Assembly: GCA_958009085.1 (NCBI GenBank)
Contig: OY253689.1
Coordinates: 62,001 to 126,000 of the forward strand
DNA length: 64,000 nucleotides
Origin: Protoeuglena noctilucae
Taxonomy: Eukaryota
Direction of reading: 5' to 3'
Shown here: positions 13,913 through 25,815 of the stretch, piece by piece
Position numbering within the stretch: position 1 is the first letter of the stretch
Layout: each line of letters starts with the position of its first letter
Position numbers and translations under genes: made by a program
The notes under the pieces: model-generated
What the model saw: only the letters and a program-made list of their open reading frames with translations
Databases searched by the model: none
What the model was told of the DNA's origin: nothing

Positions 13913-16900
13913 ATGTTCGACCTCAGCACCATCGTTAGGCTTCCCGTCGATCTCATCCGCCTCCCTGTGTCCCTCTTGATCCGCCCGGTCCAGTGGCTGA
14001 GGAGTCATGTCGCACAGCGCGGTGAGGGCGCGTCAGCTGTACTTGAAGCGCACACTGCCCAAGACCGGTCACGATGCGTTTGCTGATGACCACAACGCCG
14101 CCCGATGAGCCCGCAGGGGTGCGCGACCAGCGCGTGGGCAAGGTCGAGGGCGTCGCACCGCTCGACGTGGGAGGGATCGACCAGGTCCGAGCCCACACGA
14201 TCCTCTCGTCCCTGAAGCAAGCGGGGGACACGGCAGACGACGACATGGTCGCCGAGGTCTGGCTCTCGGCCCTCGTCGCTGCGCAGGCTGCGGCTGACTT
14301 CCTCTTGGAGGGGTGAGGCGCTTTAGCAAGCGAGGGCGATGGTGCATCAGGTGCATACTGCAAATGACCGCGGTGCGCTTAGAAACAGCTGTTAGTGCTA
14401 GAAGTCGCCATCTGCCCCGCATGCCCAGGCTTTGCCGTGTGGATGACGACCTGGCCTTCTGGAGGGAGAAGATGACCCAGGGGGGCACGTGGTGGTTCAT
14501 GGTGGTGCAGCGGGGTCCCAAGGCGTTCGCCAAGCAATTGCTCAAGGTGGGCGCTGCACCCATGGTCGTCAGACCAGGCGCGCTCGTAGCCAGCGCTGTG
14601 GGCGCAATCGGCAACGCCACCTTCCCTATCTCCCAGGCCCTCCGCCTGCCCATCGGCTCCCGGTCCCGGCGCGAGAGGGCGACGGCCTTCGGCGCCATCG
14701 AGCGCCGCGTGGTGCTGCTGCGCGCCCTGCGCCTGCAGCTGTCCCTGGCCCTCGACGCCGTGCACCGGTCTGCCGAGGTGCTCCTGCTCCGGCTGGCGAG
14801 GGGGGTGGCTGCCGGGCAGCCGCAGACGAGGGCCTCGATGGACTCGACCAAGCGCAACGACACGAGCTTCCCTGGGTTCCGCGCCAGCCCCCACAGCACG
14901 CGCGTCCTCGAGGCCTCCTTCAGTCAGCGGGGTTACGCCAACGGGGACGCTTCGGCCGGGCACGGGGGGCTGCTGGGCGCAGCGAAGGCCGCCGCCGTGC
15001 AGTGCAGCCGGGCCGTCAGCGAGGCCCTGCAGCAGCTGGAGCTGGAGATGGCCAAGCTGGTCGACGAGGGCAGGTGAAACGCGGCAGGTGGCAATCTGTG
15101 CTCTGCATGCTCTACTTGCCTCGACAAATGTACAGATAGAGGAATATCTGGAACGATTTGCCAAGGGCAACCCCCCCGCAGTGAGGACGGGGCATCGGTG
15201 GAGTCGGGGCAGGGAGGGGAGCTGGCACGGTATGCGAGCGTGCACATTTGCGGGGACTTTGTGCCGGAGCGGGGGGACGGCTACGTGCGAGACAGCGGCA
15301 GCATGGACCGGGGCAGGACGGCCGGGTAAGCTGGCTGGGCAAGACGTTGCATCGGCGTTTGTTGTGCTCTGCCACCTCTCTTGCTCCGTGCCAGTGTCCG
15401 TCGCATCTACTTACACTCTGCCCGCTCAGGCCTGGCTCGGACGTGGGAGGGGAGGCGTCGCTGGATGACGCGCACAAGAGCGTGCTGGCGGCGCTGGCCA
15501 TGGTGCACGTGACCTTCACGGCCGTGCCTGGTCGATCGGCGGGGGAGGCTCTGGTGGCCATGAGGGCGGCGCTGCGGGGGCAGTCACGGGTGAGAGAGAA
15601 GGCAGGGTGTATGCCGGAGCAAGCGACGCGAGCTGAGGGGCTGTGGTGCCCGACCCTGGCTAGCAACCTGGGAGCGTTACTGTCGAGTGACTGCAGGGTG
15701 CCAATCTCCCCATCCCCGGGTGGTGTCGGAAACCCACGGCGTTCCAGCGTCACTGGCTGCGGTACACCGCGATTGGGGTGGCGGCCTTCTTAGCCTCCCG
15801 GTGGGTCGTGAGGAACTCCCGCATCTCTGGGAGCGACAACCTGGACCGCTGGGTCAATCGGCTGCTCCAGGCGAGATTGGTGGCAAAGATGTGATGGCTG
15901 TGTCGACCCTGAGCTGGCCGAGTAGTGCCTTGCAATGACGATAAGTGTGCGTGGCTGCAGGACGTCCGGGCAGGGTACAAGAGCAACATCGAGCGTCCCC
16001 TGGAGCGTCTTGCCAAGGAGGCGACGAAGCAGTTCAAGCACCGCAAGGGGACGGTCACCACAGCCGACGTGGCCCTCAACAAGCGCAGCCTCAGCCGGTG
16101 GGTGATGGAGGCGCATGCTGGGCCACCTGCGAGTGGCTACTGTGTACTCATCTCAAATCACCAAATGGCATACCCCGCCCACTCTCAGGATGCTGGCGGA
16201 GTTTGAGCGGGACTTCAAGGACAAGGGCCTGACGGACAAGACGCCGCAGATTGGGGCCACACCCGACTCGATGCTCATGGCCAAGGGCAACCTGAAGGCA
16301 GACGACGTCCGGAGGATGGGTGAGGGCACACGGCCTGGGGGCTGAAAGGCACAGCGAACGGTCACACCCCCCGGCACGGTCTGCTGACCACACTCAACGT
16401 CCCTTCGCAGAGATGGTCATGACGGCGTACGAACACGGCCTCACCAAGCCCTTCCGCGGCGTCCTCAGCGGCGTGCTGGTCCGCTCCCTGCTCATCCAGG
16501 TGCAGAAGCTCAAGGTGGACGCCGGCATCGCCATGCTGGAGCTGGACACGGTGCTGCGGTCCCAGGAGCTGACGCTGGCCCTCATCGCGGCCCTCCCTGC
16601 CCTGGCGCTCGTCGGGTCCGTGGCCAGCGGCGTGCGGCTAATGGTCTCCCCCAGCGCCCCCGACCGCAAGCGCATGGCCCGCCCCGCGCGGCTGGCCGCC
16701 GTGTCGCTGGAGAAGGGGCTCCTGTCCGCCGTACAGCTCGAGGGACAGGCCAGCGACGTCACCATTGCCGAGGCCAGGGGACTGGCGCTCCTCCTGGCAT
16801 CCAGGTAAGCGCTTGGTTGGCGGGGATGTACATGCTGCCCTCGCGCCGTGCGCGACTCATCGCGAGTCATCTGCCACCTCGCTTCTGCCCACGCAGGCTC

Positions 16901-17071
16901 CAGTTCGAGCTGGACCGCCTGGTGTCGGGCCCCATGGCCTTCACGCGCCATGACGAGGAGTGGCAGATGCTGCGCGCGGAGGTGCAGGAGCTGGGGCAGC
17001 ACGGCGACATCAGTGACCGTCTCACCACCCTGCAGCGCATCATGCGCTCCTATTCGGTCTTCACAGTGTAG
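13913..17071 (+). CDS. DGS1: DGS1/NCA2-family mitochondrial outer-membrane protein (multi-exon)
   Basis: MTAYEHGLTKPFRGVLSGVLVRSLLIQVQKLKVDAGIAMLELDTVLRSQELTLALIAALPAL is the NCA2 domain signature. Also DDLAFW near the N-terminus. Confidence 0.85.
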
Positions 17072-17166
17072 CCAGTGCCTCTACGGTCATATCTTGCTAG
17101 GGAAGTCAAGTCTCTCTGGCCGCGCACGGGCCCGCCAACTCTCGGGGGCCCGACATGCTGCGGCGC

Positions 17167-18378
17167 TTACATGAAGGCGGCGGGCGTGGAGCTCTGCGCT
17201 AACTTGACATACATGACCTTGCGGGGCCGCACGGGCATCCGCCCCTTGTCCACGCTCTCCAGCCAGTCCAGGTCCTCATACTCCTCCACGAGCTCGTACC
17301 CCTCCTGCTCGTACAGCTCTCGGGCTCCCTCGTTGTCCTTGTACATGTACAGCACGATGGGAGCTGCGGCCGGGGCCTCGGGAGCGCCCTCGGGTGGGAG
17401 CAGGCCCTGGCGGTCGATGGAGAGCCGCACGCACTCCTCCGCCTGGCGAATCAGGGCTCTGCCGTGCCCCTGGCGCCTGCGGGAGCGGGTGCGGGCGGGT
17501 GATGCGGGGATCTGCACGACCCAGCGTGCAGCATTTCGCGCATTTTGCAGCATTTTGCAGCAGCCGGCCGCATCACCTGTACTGCGGGAGAACCGCGAGA
17601 TTGGATATTTCGAAGTATGAACCCGAGCTGCACGCCTCCGGACCGAATCGGCGGTCGAGGGACGCCGCGATCCACGGCTGGGCGCTCCGCTGACGCACGT
17701 CCACCACCCCCACGATGCGATCCCCCGCGGACGCGTCCCTCGCCACAATCACCGAATACTTCTGCAAAGGCGGGCGCCGGGAGCGCGCGGTGAAATCGGA
17801 TCGCCGCGGCCCGCGGAACCGTCCGGCGTACCTGCTGCCAGCGTCATCCCAATCCAAACGCTCACCGCTCCCCGGAACGCCTGGCAGGCCATCGCCTTCG
17901 CCACCCTCGTTCTATACATCGTGACTGGCAGGAAGTACTTTGGCCCTGCCTCGAACTGCGGTCGGGGCACGACGGTACCCTGTCCGTCCATCGTCCGTTC
18001 ATGTGGGGACGAGATCTGTCGCGGCCGCCGCCGCGGGCAGAGCACATCTCGCCCCGCAAGGCCACCACGGAACGAGGCAATCACTCATGAGAGGTTCTCG
18101 ATGGGGTCGGGACGCGGATGTGGGGCGGCGCGGGGCGCGGGGCGGGAGTGACATTCCGCACTCGCCTGGACGTCAGTTAGCACGTCCGCTGCGAGGGCGA
18201 CGCTCTCGAGGAACTGCTCGCTCCGGTTATTGATGACTCGGTATTCCGAAGGCGTGCTGACCGCGGATACCGGCCGAGAGCGAGCGGTAGGCACCCTGGG
18301 AGCTGCCCACCCGCCGCATGGCTCCCTCCCCGCCAGGCGCACGCTGGGCGCCGCAGCCTGCACCATGGCATGCGCCAT
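17167..18378 (-). CDS. GNAT-family N-acetyltransferase, probably plastid-targeted
   Basis: ISNLAVLPQYR|RQGHGRALI (acetyl-CoA motif A) and LYMYKDNEGARELYEQEGY (motif B). The N-terminus is Ala/Arg/Ser-rich, like a transit peptide. Confidence 0.85.
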
Positions 18379-18775
18379 GGCTATTCGCTAGCAACTGCGC
18401 AAGGCTCGGCCGATTATATGTCCCGAGAGGGGGTGCGCGGGGCCTCCAGCGTGGCACGGAGAGGAAAAGGACCACACCAGACAGCACGTCGGAACTACGT
18501 GAAAGCCGGCCATAAACGCATTCCAGGTTGGGGACGAGGCGGGCGAGGGGCGCGGCTATAACGGTCCGACCGCCTGACTCGGGCCCACTTTGAAGCAAAA
18601 GGGCAGCCTCGCTTAATACATCCTTTCTTCTTTGTGTTCGCGTTGCAAGGAAATCAGCGCATGGCCTTGTGGTGTTGAAGACCGGCTGCTCCTTCACATT
18701 CGCAGCAACAGCCCCCCAAACAAGTCCCCTGTGTCTCGTGGCACTAAGGGTGTGGCGGCGAACCCCGCATCGACG
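18379..18775. promoter_or_regulatory. Short intergenic region between divergent GNAT and MraY genes (putative bidirectional promoter)
   Basis: Head-to-head start codons about 400 bp apart. No specific element proven. Confidence 0.35.
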
Positions 18776-21235
18776 ATGGCGGCAGCAGCGAGAGCGTGTG
18801 CTGCGCCCTGCACTTCAAAACCCGTCGCGCGGTACGCTTGGGTTGCGGGAGCTTACACGTGGTCGATGCCGCATGTATCGGCTGAAAAATACATGGCGCG
18901 ACCCTCGCGGCGCCATGAGATGGCTCTGCGGTGGCGCAGGATCCCGGGGGAGATGCCGCGCAAAAGGGCGATCTCCCTTTCCGCAGGGCGAGTTCCTGTC
19001 GGGCAGGTGCCGTCGCTCGTGCGTATGGGAAGCCGGTGAGCATCAGGGGTGGTTTGGGGAGGGCGCTGCGGCTTCACGCTGACTAGTCGGGGACACGGTT
19101 GATCATGCCTGCTTTCGCAGAGGAAAGGGCGGGGCGGGGAGCTTATCTTCACCGATGGCGATCAGAAGACCATTCTGCTTCCTTACGAGAGCACCATCCA
19201 CGACTCTTTGGAGTCCATGGAGGTCCGTGGCAAGCACGACGGCCGATGTGCTGTGCGGCACCCAGACGCCTTCCGATTGGCAGCCCCTGCCGCCATGCCC
19301 GCCGCAGGACTACCGGCCTCAGAGGGTGGTCGTGGCGGACACCGCCAGCGAAGCGTCCGCAGCACCAGCACCGGCCCCCGTGCCTGCGTCTGTACCGACC
19401 CCAGCCCCTGCGCAGGCAGTGCCCGACCGTCCCGGCAGCCTCGCGGGCCCATCCTCTGCAGGGGAGCTTGCGACTGCAGTGACTTCCCATGCTGTTGCTG
19501 TTATGACTCCGCTCCTGAACCCGGACAAGGCGAGCGCCAGGCGCCTGGTGGAGGCGTGGAAGCAGCGGCGGATGGCGTCCTCCACCAAGGCGTCCTCCAC
19601 CGGTGCCACGCGGACATCGAGTGCCACGGAATCCACCAAGCCACCTTTGAGAAGCAGACCCCAGGTGCGTGGCGTGTGCGGGCGCAACCTGCTGTGGCGC
19701 CGCTTTGTGACGTGCCATGTGTAACCTGGCCTCGGACCCTTGCAGACGGTCCCTACCATCCCGATCGTGCGCACCGCTCGGGCCGTTGTGACAGCTGAGA
19801 CGAGAGAGGCATGGCGCGCGGTGATCAAGGGGGGTGCGGCCAGGGCCCATGCCGAGGCGGAAGGGTCCGCGGGGGGTGGCGCCAGCGCAGTGGGCAAGGG
19901 GTCTCCGCTGCCGGGGGGCACTCTGCTGCCGCTCGCGGCGCTGTGTGTTGCAGAGGCGATGGCCGTCCTGGCCATGGACTTTGGGTACCTCAGGGTCTCT
20001 GACCCGTTCGCCGGCTCCCTGAGCCTCCTCCTGGCCACGTCCGGCCTCGCGTCGCTGGTCTGGACGCAGCTGGGGTCGCCCCTCCTGCGGCGCATGGGTG
20101 AGCGGTCGTTCTGGCGCGTGGTGCGCGCACGCCAAGGGGCGCTCCTTTCAAGCCCTCTGCTGACGCACGTGCGACCCCGAACTCGCAGGGCTACGGCAGC
20201 GGGTGCGGGAGGACGGGCCGGCCGCCCACCTCAGCAAGGGCGGCACCACCACGGCGGGCGGTCTGCTCTTCGTGCCCATCGGCGTCCTCCTGGGCCTCTG
20301 GGCCGCCAACGCCAGCCCGGAGACCCTCGCGGTGGCCACGGCAGCAGCCGCCTTTGGCGCCGTGGGCCTCGTTGACGACTTCTTCACCGTCTGGGGTGCC
20401 ACGCGCCGCCTGGTCTGGGCCAAGCTGGCCGTGCAGTGCCTGGCTGCCTCGGCCCTGTGTGTCGCCGCGCACCGCCTCGTCCCCGGCGCCGCGCTCTTCT
20501 CCTCCCTGCCCCTCTGGCCCGCGCCCCAGGGCCACGTCCTCTTAGCCGTGGGGCCCACCCTGTACTGGCTCCTGTCCGGCGCCACCATCGTCGCCGAGGC
20601 CAACGGCGTCAACCTCACCGACGGCATGGACGGCCTCGCCGCGGGGGTCTGCTCCGCGGCCTTCCTGGCCACGGCCGTGGGGGCCTCCGCGTCCGCGCCC
20701 TCCCTGGCGCCCCTCCTGGTGGCCGTCGCGGGGTCCTGCCTGGGGTTCGCCTTCCTCAACCGCTTCCCCGCCTCGGTGTTCATGGGCAACGCGGGGTCCC
20801 TGGCCCTGGGCGCCATGCTGGGCACCGCGGCGGCCGTCACGCGCCAGTTCGGCCCTGTCCTCCTCGCCACCCTGGTGCCGGCCGTCGAGGCCGCCAGCGT
20901 GCTAGTGCAGGTGCTCGGCTACAAGGCGACTAAGCGCGGGGCGCAGGTGAGAGTGTTGCGAAGGGAGGGCTGATGCAGTGTTGACTTATCTCATGTCACG
21001 GCTGGCCCAGATGGCAGAGCGCCTGCTCGGCTGCAGTGGGGAGGCACAGCCTGCCAACCGTGCCATGCCCTGGTCGTCAACGCAGGGCGTAAGGGTCTTC
21101 CGCATGGCCCCTCTCCACCACCACTTCGAGCTCGGGGGCACGCACGAGACCCGCGTCACCTCCCTCTTCTGGGCAGCCTCGGTGCTCTGCGGGGCAGCAT
21201 CCGTGGCCCTGGCGGCCGGCACTAGGCTGAGCTAG
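18776..21235 (+). CDS. mraY: Phospho-N-acetylmuramoyl-pentapeptide transferase (MraY) homologue with a long N-terminal extension (multi-exon)
   Basis: [66 protein letters not shown] and [12 protein letters not shown] are MraY motifs in the expected order. The start at 18776 is inferred. Confidence 0.92.
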
Positions 21236-21350
21236 GCGTGCCTGAGGCGGGATGCGCTTCGCTCTTCGTTGAACACATGACTCGTGGTGGTTGCGCCGGG
21301 GGGGGCAAGGCGGGAGCGGGCGCAAATGCAGCCAAGTCTTAGGCCCCTCG

Positions 21351-22661
21351 CTACACCCCGCCGCCGCCCTCGAGGCGTGTTCTTGCCATGCGGCGGTAGG
21401 TGTAGAGCATGAGGCCCAGGACCGACACTCCCAGGAAGACGATGATGAGGTTGCGTAAGTCCCAGATGCCCATGCGGATGGGCCGACGCCTGCGCACCCT
21501 GCAGCGGGGCACCGGCAGTGTGCGTCAGTAAACGACAATCTGCCTTCTTCCTTTCTGGCACCCGCTGTGTGCAGCAACTGTCAATGCCATTTCCACATCG
21601 CGCATGCCGTCACCTCCGCGACCCAATGGGGGAGTGTCCCCCACGCTCCAGGAGACGCTCGGAGTCCTTCTGGACGAGCGGCAGGGAGGGCTCGAACCCC
21701 AAAACATGCTGCAGCCGCTTGAGGAACAACGAGAACCTGGGGGGATGTGACGTGGGGAGGCGTGGCTTGAGCTCATGTGCGGGGGTTGCATGGCACGCTC
21801 CCCATCGCGTGGCAGGTGGGCCGTCACCTGGTCGTCCTCCGTTGGTACTTGCCATCCATGTCGTCTTCCGACGCCCCTGCAGAAGACAACACGCCAGGCA
21901 CCATTGGTGCAACAACAGCACCTGCGTTGCAACCCACAACACTCCTGCCCCTGCCAGCCCCGCACCTGGCCCGTCCACGGCTTCCCGCACCGCAGCCACC
22001 CGCGCCGAGCCCACGCGCGCCACCGGCGACCCGAAACCCATCGCGGCGGGTGCGGAGTCGGTCGCCGTCCCTGCTCCCGACTGCTGCGCCAGGGGTCCCC
22101 CACTCGGGCTGCAGGGGCACAGGTAGGTGGGAGGTCGGATGGGGCACAGAATGCACTAAATGCGCTCACGCGGTGCGTCGCTCGCCTGGGTCCCGGCTGG
22201 ATCTCATCCCGCGTCGCGGAGGGCTTGGGAGGGGCCGACGAAGCGGACGAGGGGTCCACGATGAGCTCGTCAATGTCCTCCAGGGTCGCCAGGCTCGTCA
22301 CGGGCGCTCCTGTAGAAGCGAGGTTGATCGCACCCACGGCATCGACCTGCAGTTTGGCCTTGATCTGCGCGCAGGGAGGGAGAGGTCGGCAAACCGCAGT
22401 GTCCCCCGCCCCGTGCAGCCGTACAAGAGAGCCTAAGCACGCCCCGCACCTGCTGCACGAACGCGTCCCATGTCATTTTGTCCGGGATGGAGATCGCGAC
22501 TTTTCGCCGGGGCCGGGCCCCCCGGACGGACACGAACACGAGCTTGGGCTCCTCCTGCAGGACCGGAGCCGGGTCTCGCTCAGCTCACCGCAGCAGTGAG
22601 CACGACTGCATGCGCTCCGCTGGCCACGCACCACATCGCCGTTCGGAGCCTCCCCCGCCAT
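21351..22661 (-). CDS. Hypothetical protein with an N-terminal ubiquitin-like/KHA-like segment and a C-terminal transmembrane helix
   Basis: KLVFVSVRGARPRRKVAISIPDKMTWDAFVQQ|IKAKLQVDAVGAINLASTGAPVTSLATLEDIDELIV has a beta-grasp-like pattern. The last exon encodes LRNLIIVFLGVSVLGLMLYTY, followed by a stop at 21351. Confidence 0.55.
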
Positions 22662-23078
22662 CGCCCCCCCGCTTCCTGTCCGGGCCCGCGAGCTCCCCAG
22701 CGGAGAACGACACCTGCAGCAAGACCGAGCTTTGAGACACGGCGTCACAAGCTCACTGGCCACGGAATGGGTATGGACTGTGCCTGATTGCTGGGACGCT
22801 TCGTTGGCGAATGCTTTTTAACCAACTATCCTAGGCAGAGGCCGGAGCTAGGCATGCACTTGCGATAGTAGATCAGCAGGGCACCAGGATGCGTCCATTG
22901 CACCGCCTCAGAGCGCGCCAGATGCTTGCAATCGATGCCAGAGCTTGTGCCGTGCCATCCTTGTTCGGTGAGCGCGATCGCTTTGCTCATTCAGTCACCG
23001 CACCGACTCCCTCTGGCACGCGAGGCCTTGGAAGGGTCGCCCCGTGTTACGCGAGCTCGTCTGCACCACGGTTCTGGG

Positions 23079-24666
23079 ATGAGTAGCAGCCAGGACAGGG
23101 ACGATGAACTGGAGGGCCTCATGTGTGTGTACGGTGACTCCGTCCAGGTGCGTGGGCGGGTGCCACAGCCACAGCCGACGTGAGCCATGCACAACAGAGC
23201 GGCCGGACGAGCACGGCCGGAAACCTGCATATCTCTCGTGCGTCCCGCCTTCCCCTGCAGGTCACTGAGAGCCGTGAGATACGTGTGCTCCTGCGTCCCC
23301 ACGAGGTGGACCTGGGAGGCCCCGCGTTTGTGCAGGCGACGGTGCGGTTGACGCGGCCCCCCGGGTACCCATCCGTGCCAGCCGAGGTGCACCTGGCCGA
23401 AGAGCGAGGGCTGGGGGAGGTCCGGGCCGCGAGGCTGCAGTCCGCGGTCGCTGCCGAGTCCTCGTCCCTCGCGGGCACCGAGTCTCTCGTGCTGCTGTGC
23501 GAGGCGGTGCGGGAGCTGCTGGCCCAGGACAACTGGCCCTTGGGCCCGTGCCCCATCTGCCTGCACGCGCTGTGCCCAGAGGAGACGACCGCAGCCGCGG
23601 TGGCGAGTGCCAACACGGTGTGCCTGCCCTGTTTCCACTCCTTCCACAAGTGAGGGGCGAGAGACGCGCGTGGGGTGCCTCCTTGCCACAGCAGCCGCCG
23701 GTTACGTGTCTCACACCCATCGCGCAGGGACTGCTTCGCACAACACTGGGCCAGGACTGCGGGGTTTGAGTTTGTGCCCGCTGCCCCGCGACAGGCGGGG
23801 AGCGACGATGACGACGACGATGGGCCAGGTGCGCTGGCTGTGCCTGGCGAGCCGTTGTCTATATTGTGTCACTATCTCGTACATAGTCCTCCTGCTCCGC
23901 TCTGTTCTCTGCCACAGGGTCGCTCCCTGCGCCACCCATGCTGGTGCCGGGAGGGGAGAGCACATGCCCCGTCTGCCGGAGCTCTCTTGCTCTGGGGGAC
24001 CTGGAGGGGCAGGGGATGCGTGCGGCCATCGAGGTCGCCGCGATGGGCATGCGAGGAGCGGACGCAGCTGCAACGGAGTGGGCCTCTGGGAGTGGGGAAG
24101 GGGAGGCAACAGAGGGGGCGTCTGGGGGTCTCACGAAGGCTGAGCTGGAGCACGTCCGGGCGCTCGCGGCTCGCTTTGAGAGCATCCTGGAGGGCCAGCG
24201 TGCACGGGGCGGCACATACAAGAGGGAAGAGGAGGGGGACGTGGTGGTGCGGAACGTGAGGGGCTGGGCCGCGCCTGTTGTCGTGGAGGCCGCGACTGTG
24301 ACTTTGGCTGAGTCACTGACAAGGGGTGGGGATGAGTGTGGGATGGCGGGGGTCGAGGTTGCTCAAGAGGAACGGGGTAGGGGGCGGGGGCGGGGGCGAG
24401 GGCAGAGACAGGGCAGGGGGAGAGAGGGGGGGCGTGGGGTCAGGGTGGGTGGCGAGGGGGATGGGGAGGAAGGAGTGGGGATACCAAGTGGTAGAGAGGG
24501 CTTCAGGAAAAGGCGTGGGGAGCGAGGTGGTAGACATGAGGGCGGCGGTGGGAGAGGGGAGGGCCACGGGAGGCGTGGTAGGCGGGGCAATCAGGACGGG
24601 ACGGGAGGAGATCGGCCGAGGACGGCGGGGTCTGTCTCTGGGCAGAGGGAGGCATCCTGTGAATGA
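23079..24666 (+). CDS. RNF25: RWD + RING-H2 E3 ubiquitin ligase, RNF25-like, with an RG-rich tail
   Basis: DELEGLMCVYGD and PPGYPSVPA (RWD); CPICL...CFHSFHK|DCF...CPVCR (RING-H2); ILEGQRARGG. Confidence 0.8.
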
Positions 24667-24809
24667 TAACTGGCGTTGCAGCACGTGCCATTGCGGCCCT
24701 CTGTCATCGGCGAAAGAGACGGGGCGCAGCTTACAGAGCCAATCCAGTGCCTCAGTATCCGGGCTTCACAAGAGGGCCCCGTGAGCAACGGAGAGGAAGC
24801 AACGCAGCA

Positions 24810-25526
24810 ATGGCAGCCTCGGCCGCCTCTTTGGTCGCCGTGGCGGGCCGTCCTTCGCATGTTAGCCAAGCGAAACTGCGATCGCGACCTCTGTCTCTTG
24901 TACTCAATAGGGCGGAGGATTGCCGCGGGCCATCGGCACCGCGCGCGCTGCCCGCGGAGCCGCTTGTGGCTGCCGCACAGATGTTATCCGTGAACTGCGT
25001 TGGCGATGTCAGCGCGCTCGATGCGGGTGCCGCGGCCGCCATCCAGGTGGCTGCTTGCGGGCCACGCCGCGTCCGTCATTCGCAAGCCCCCGGGACCGCT
25101 GTGCGGTCGACCAATGAGCAAGCGTCGACGACCGTGGCGAAACGCGTGGTGCTCTGCAGGCTTTCTTCCGCCCGGTGGTGAGCGTTTACTCCCTGTTCTT
25201 CATCGCACGCATTGTCATGACGTGGTACCCCGAGATCGACGGCACCAAGGCCCCCTGGTCGCTGGCCTACAACCCGACCGAGTTCATCCTCAAGCCGACG
25301 AGGTGCGGGGCATCCATGGGCCGCCAGTGGTTACATATGGCGTGAACAAAGCGCAGGGTGCTGACCCCTCGGACCCTGACCGTCTGCACGCAGGGCGGTG
25401 GTCCCCCCCTTGGCCGGCGTGGACATTTCCCCCATCGTGTGGGTGGGGCTGCTGTCCTTCATCAATGAAACCGTCCTGGGGCCCCAGGGGATCCTCTCCA
25501 TTATTCAGAGGGAGGGAGGCTTGTAA
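24810..25526 (+). CDS. CCB3: YGGT-family cytochrome b6 heme ci assembly factor CCB3
   Basis: LFIARIVMTWYPEIDGTKAPWSLAYNPTEFILKPTR|AVVPPLAGVDISPIVWVGLLSFINETVLGPQGILS closely matches plant and algal CCB3. Confidence 0.88.
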
Positions 25527-25815
25527 GGTTACGGTTGCTATAGCTGAGAGGGCACTACACCAGCTGTACACGGCATGTGACGTCGTCAGTCCGGCCATCG
25601 ACGGCCCACATGGTGACTGATGTAGGGGGTCAAAACGTGTTCGCCGGGTCCCATAAAACCTGATCAGCAGCTGACCTTGACATAGCGCAAGTCTCCTTGG
25701 ATACTGCTGGCAAGGCCACTGGCATCCACATGACTGAAATTCAACAGCAGCCTGTCACATCTAAGGATAGACTGGAATTCCAGAATCAACAACCCATGCG
25801 TCAAGCATGGGCTCG

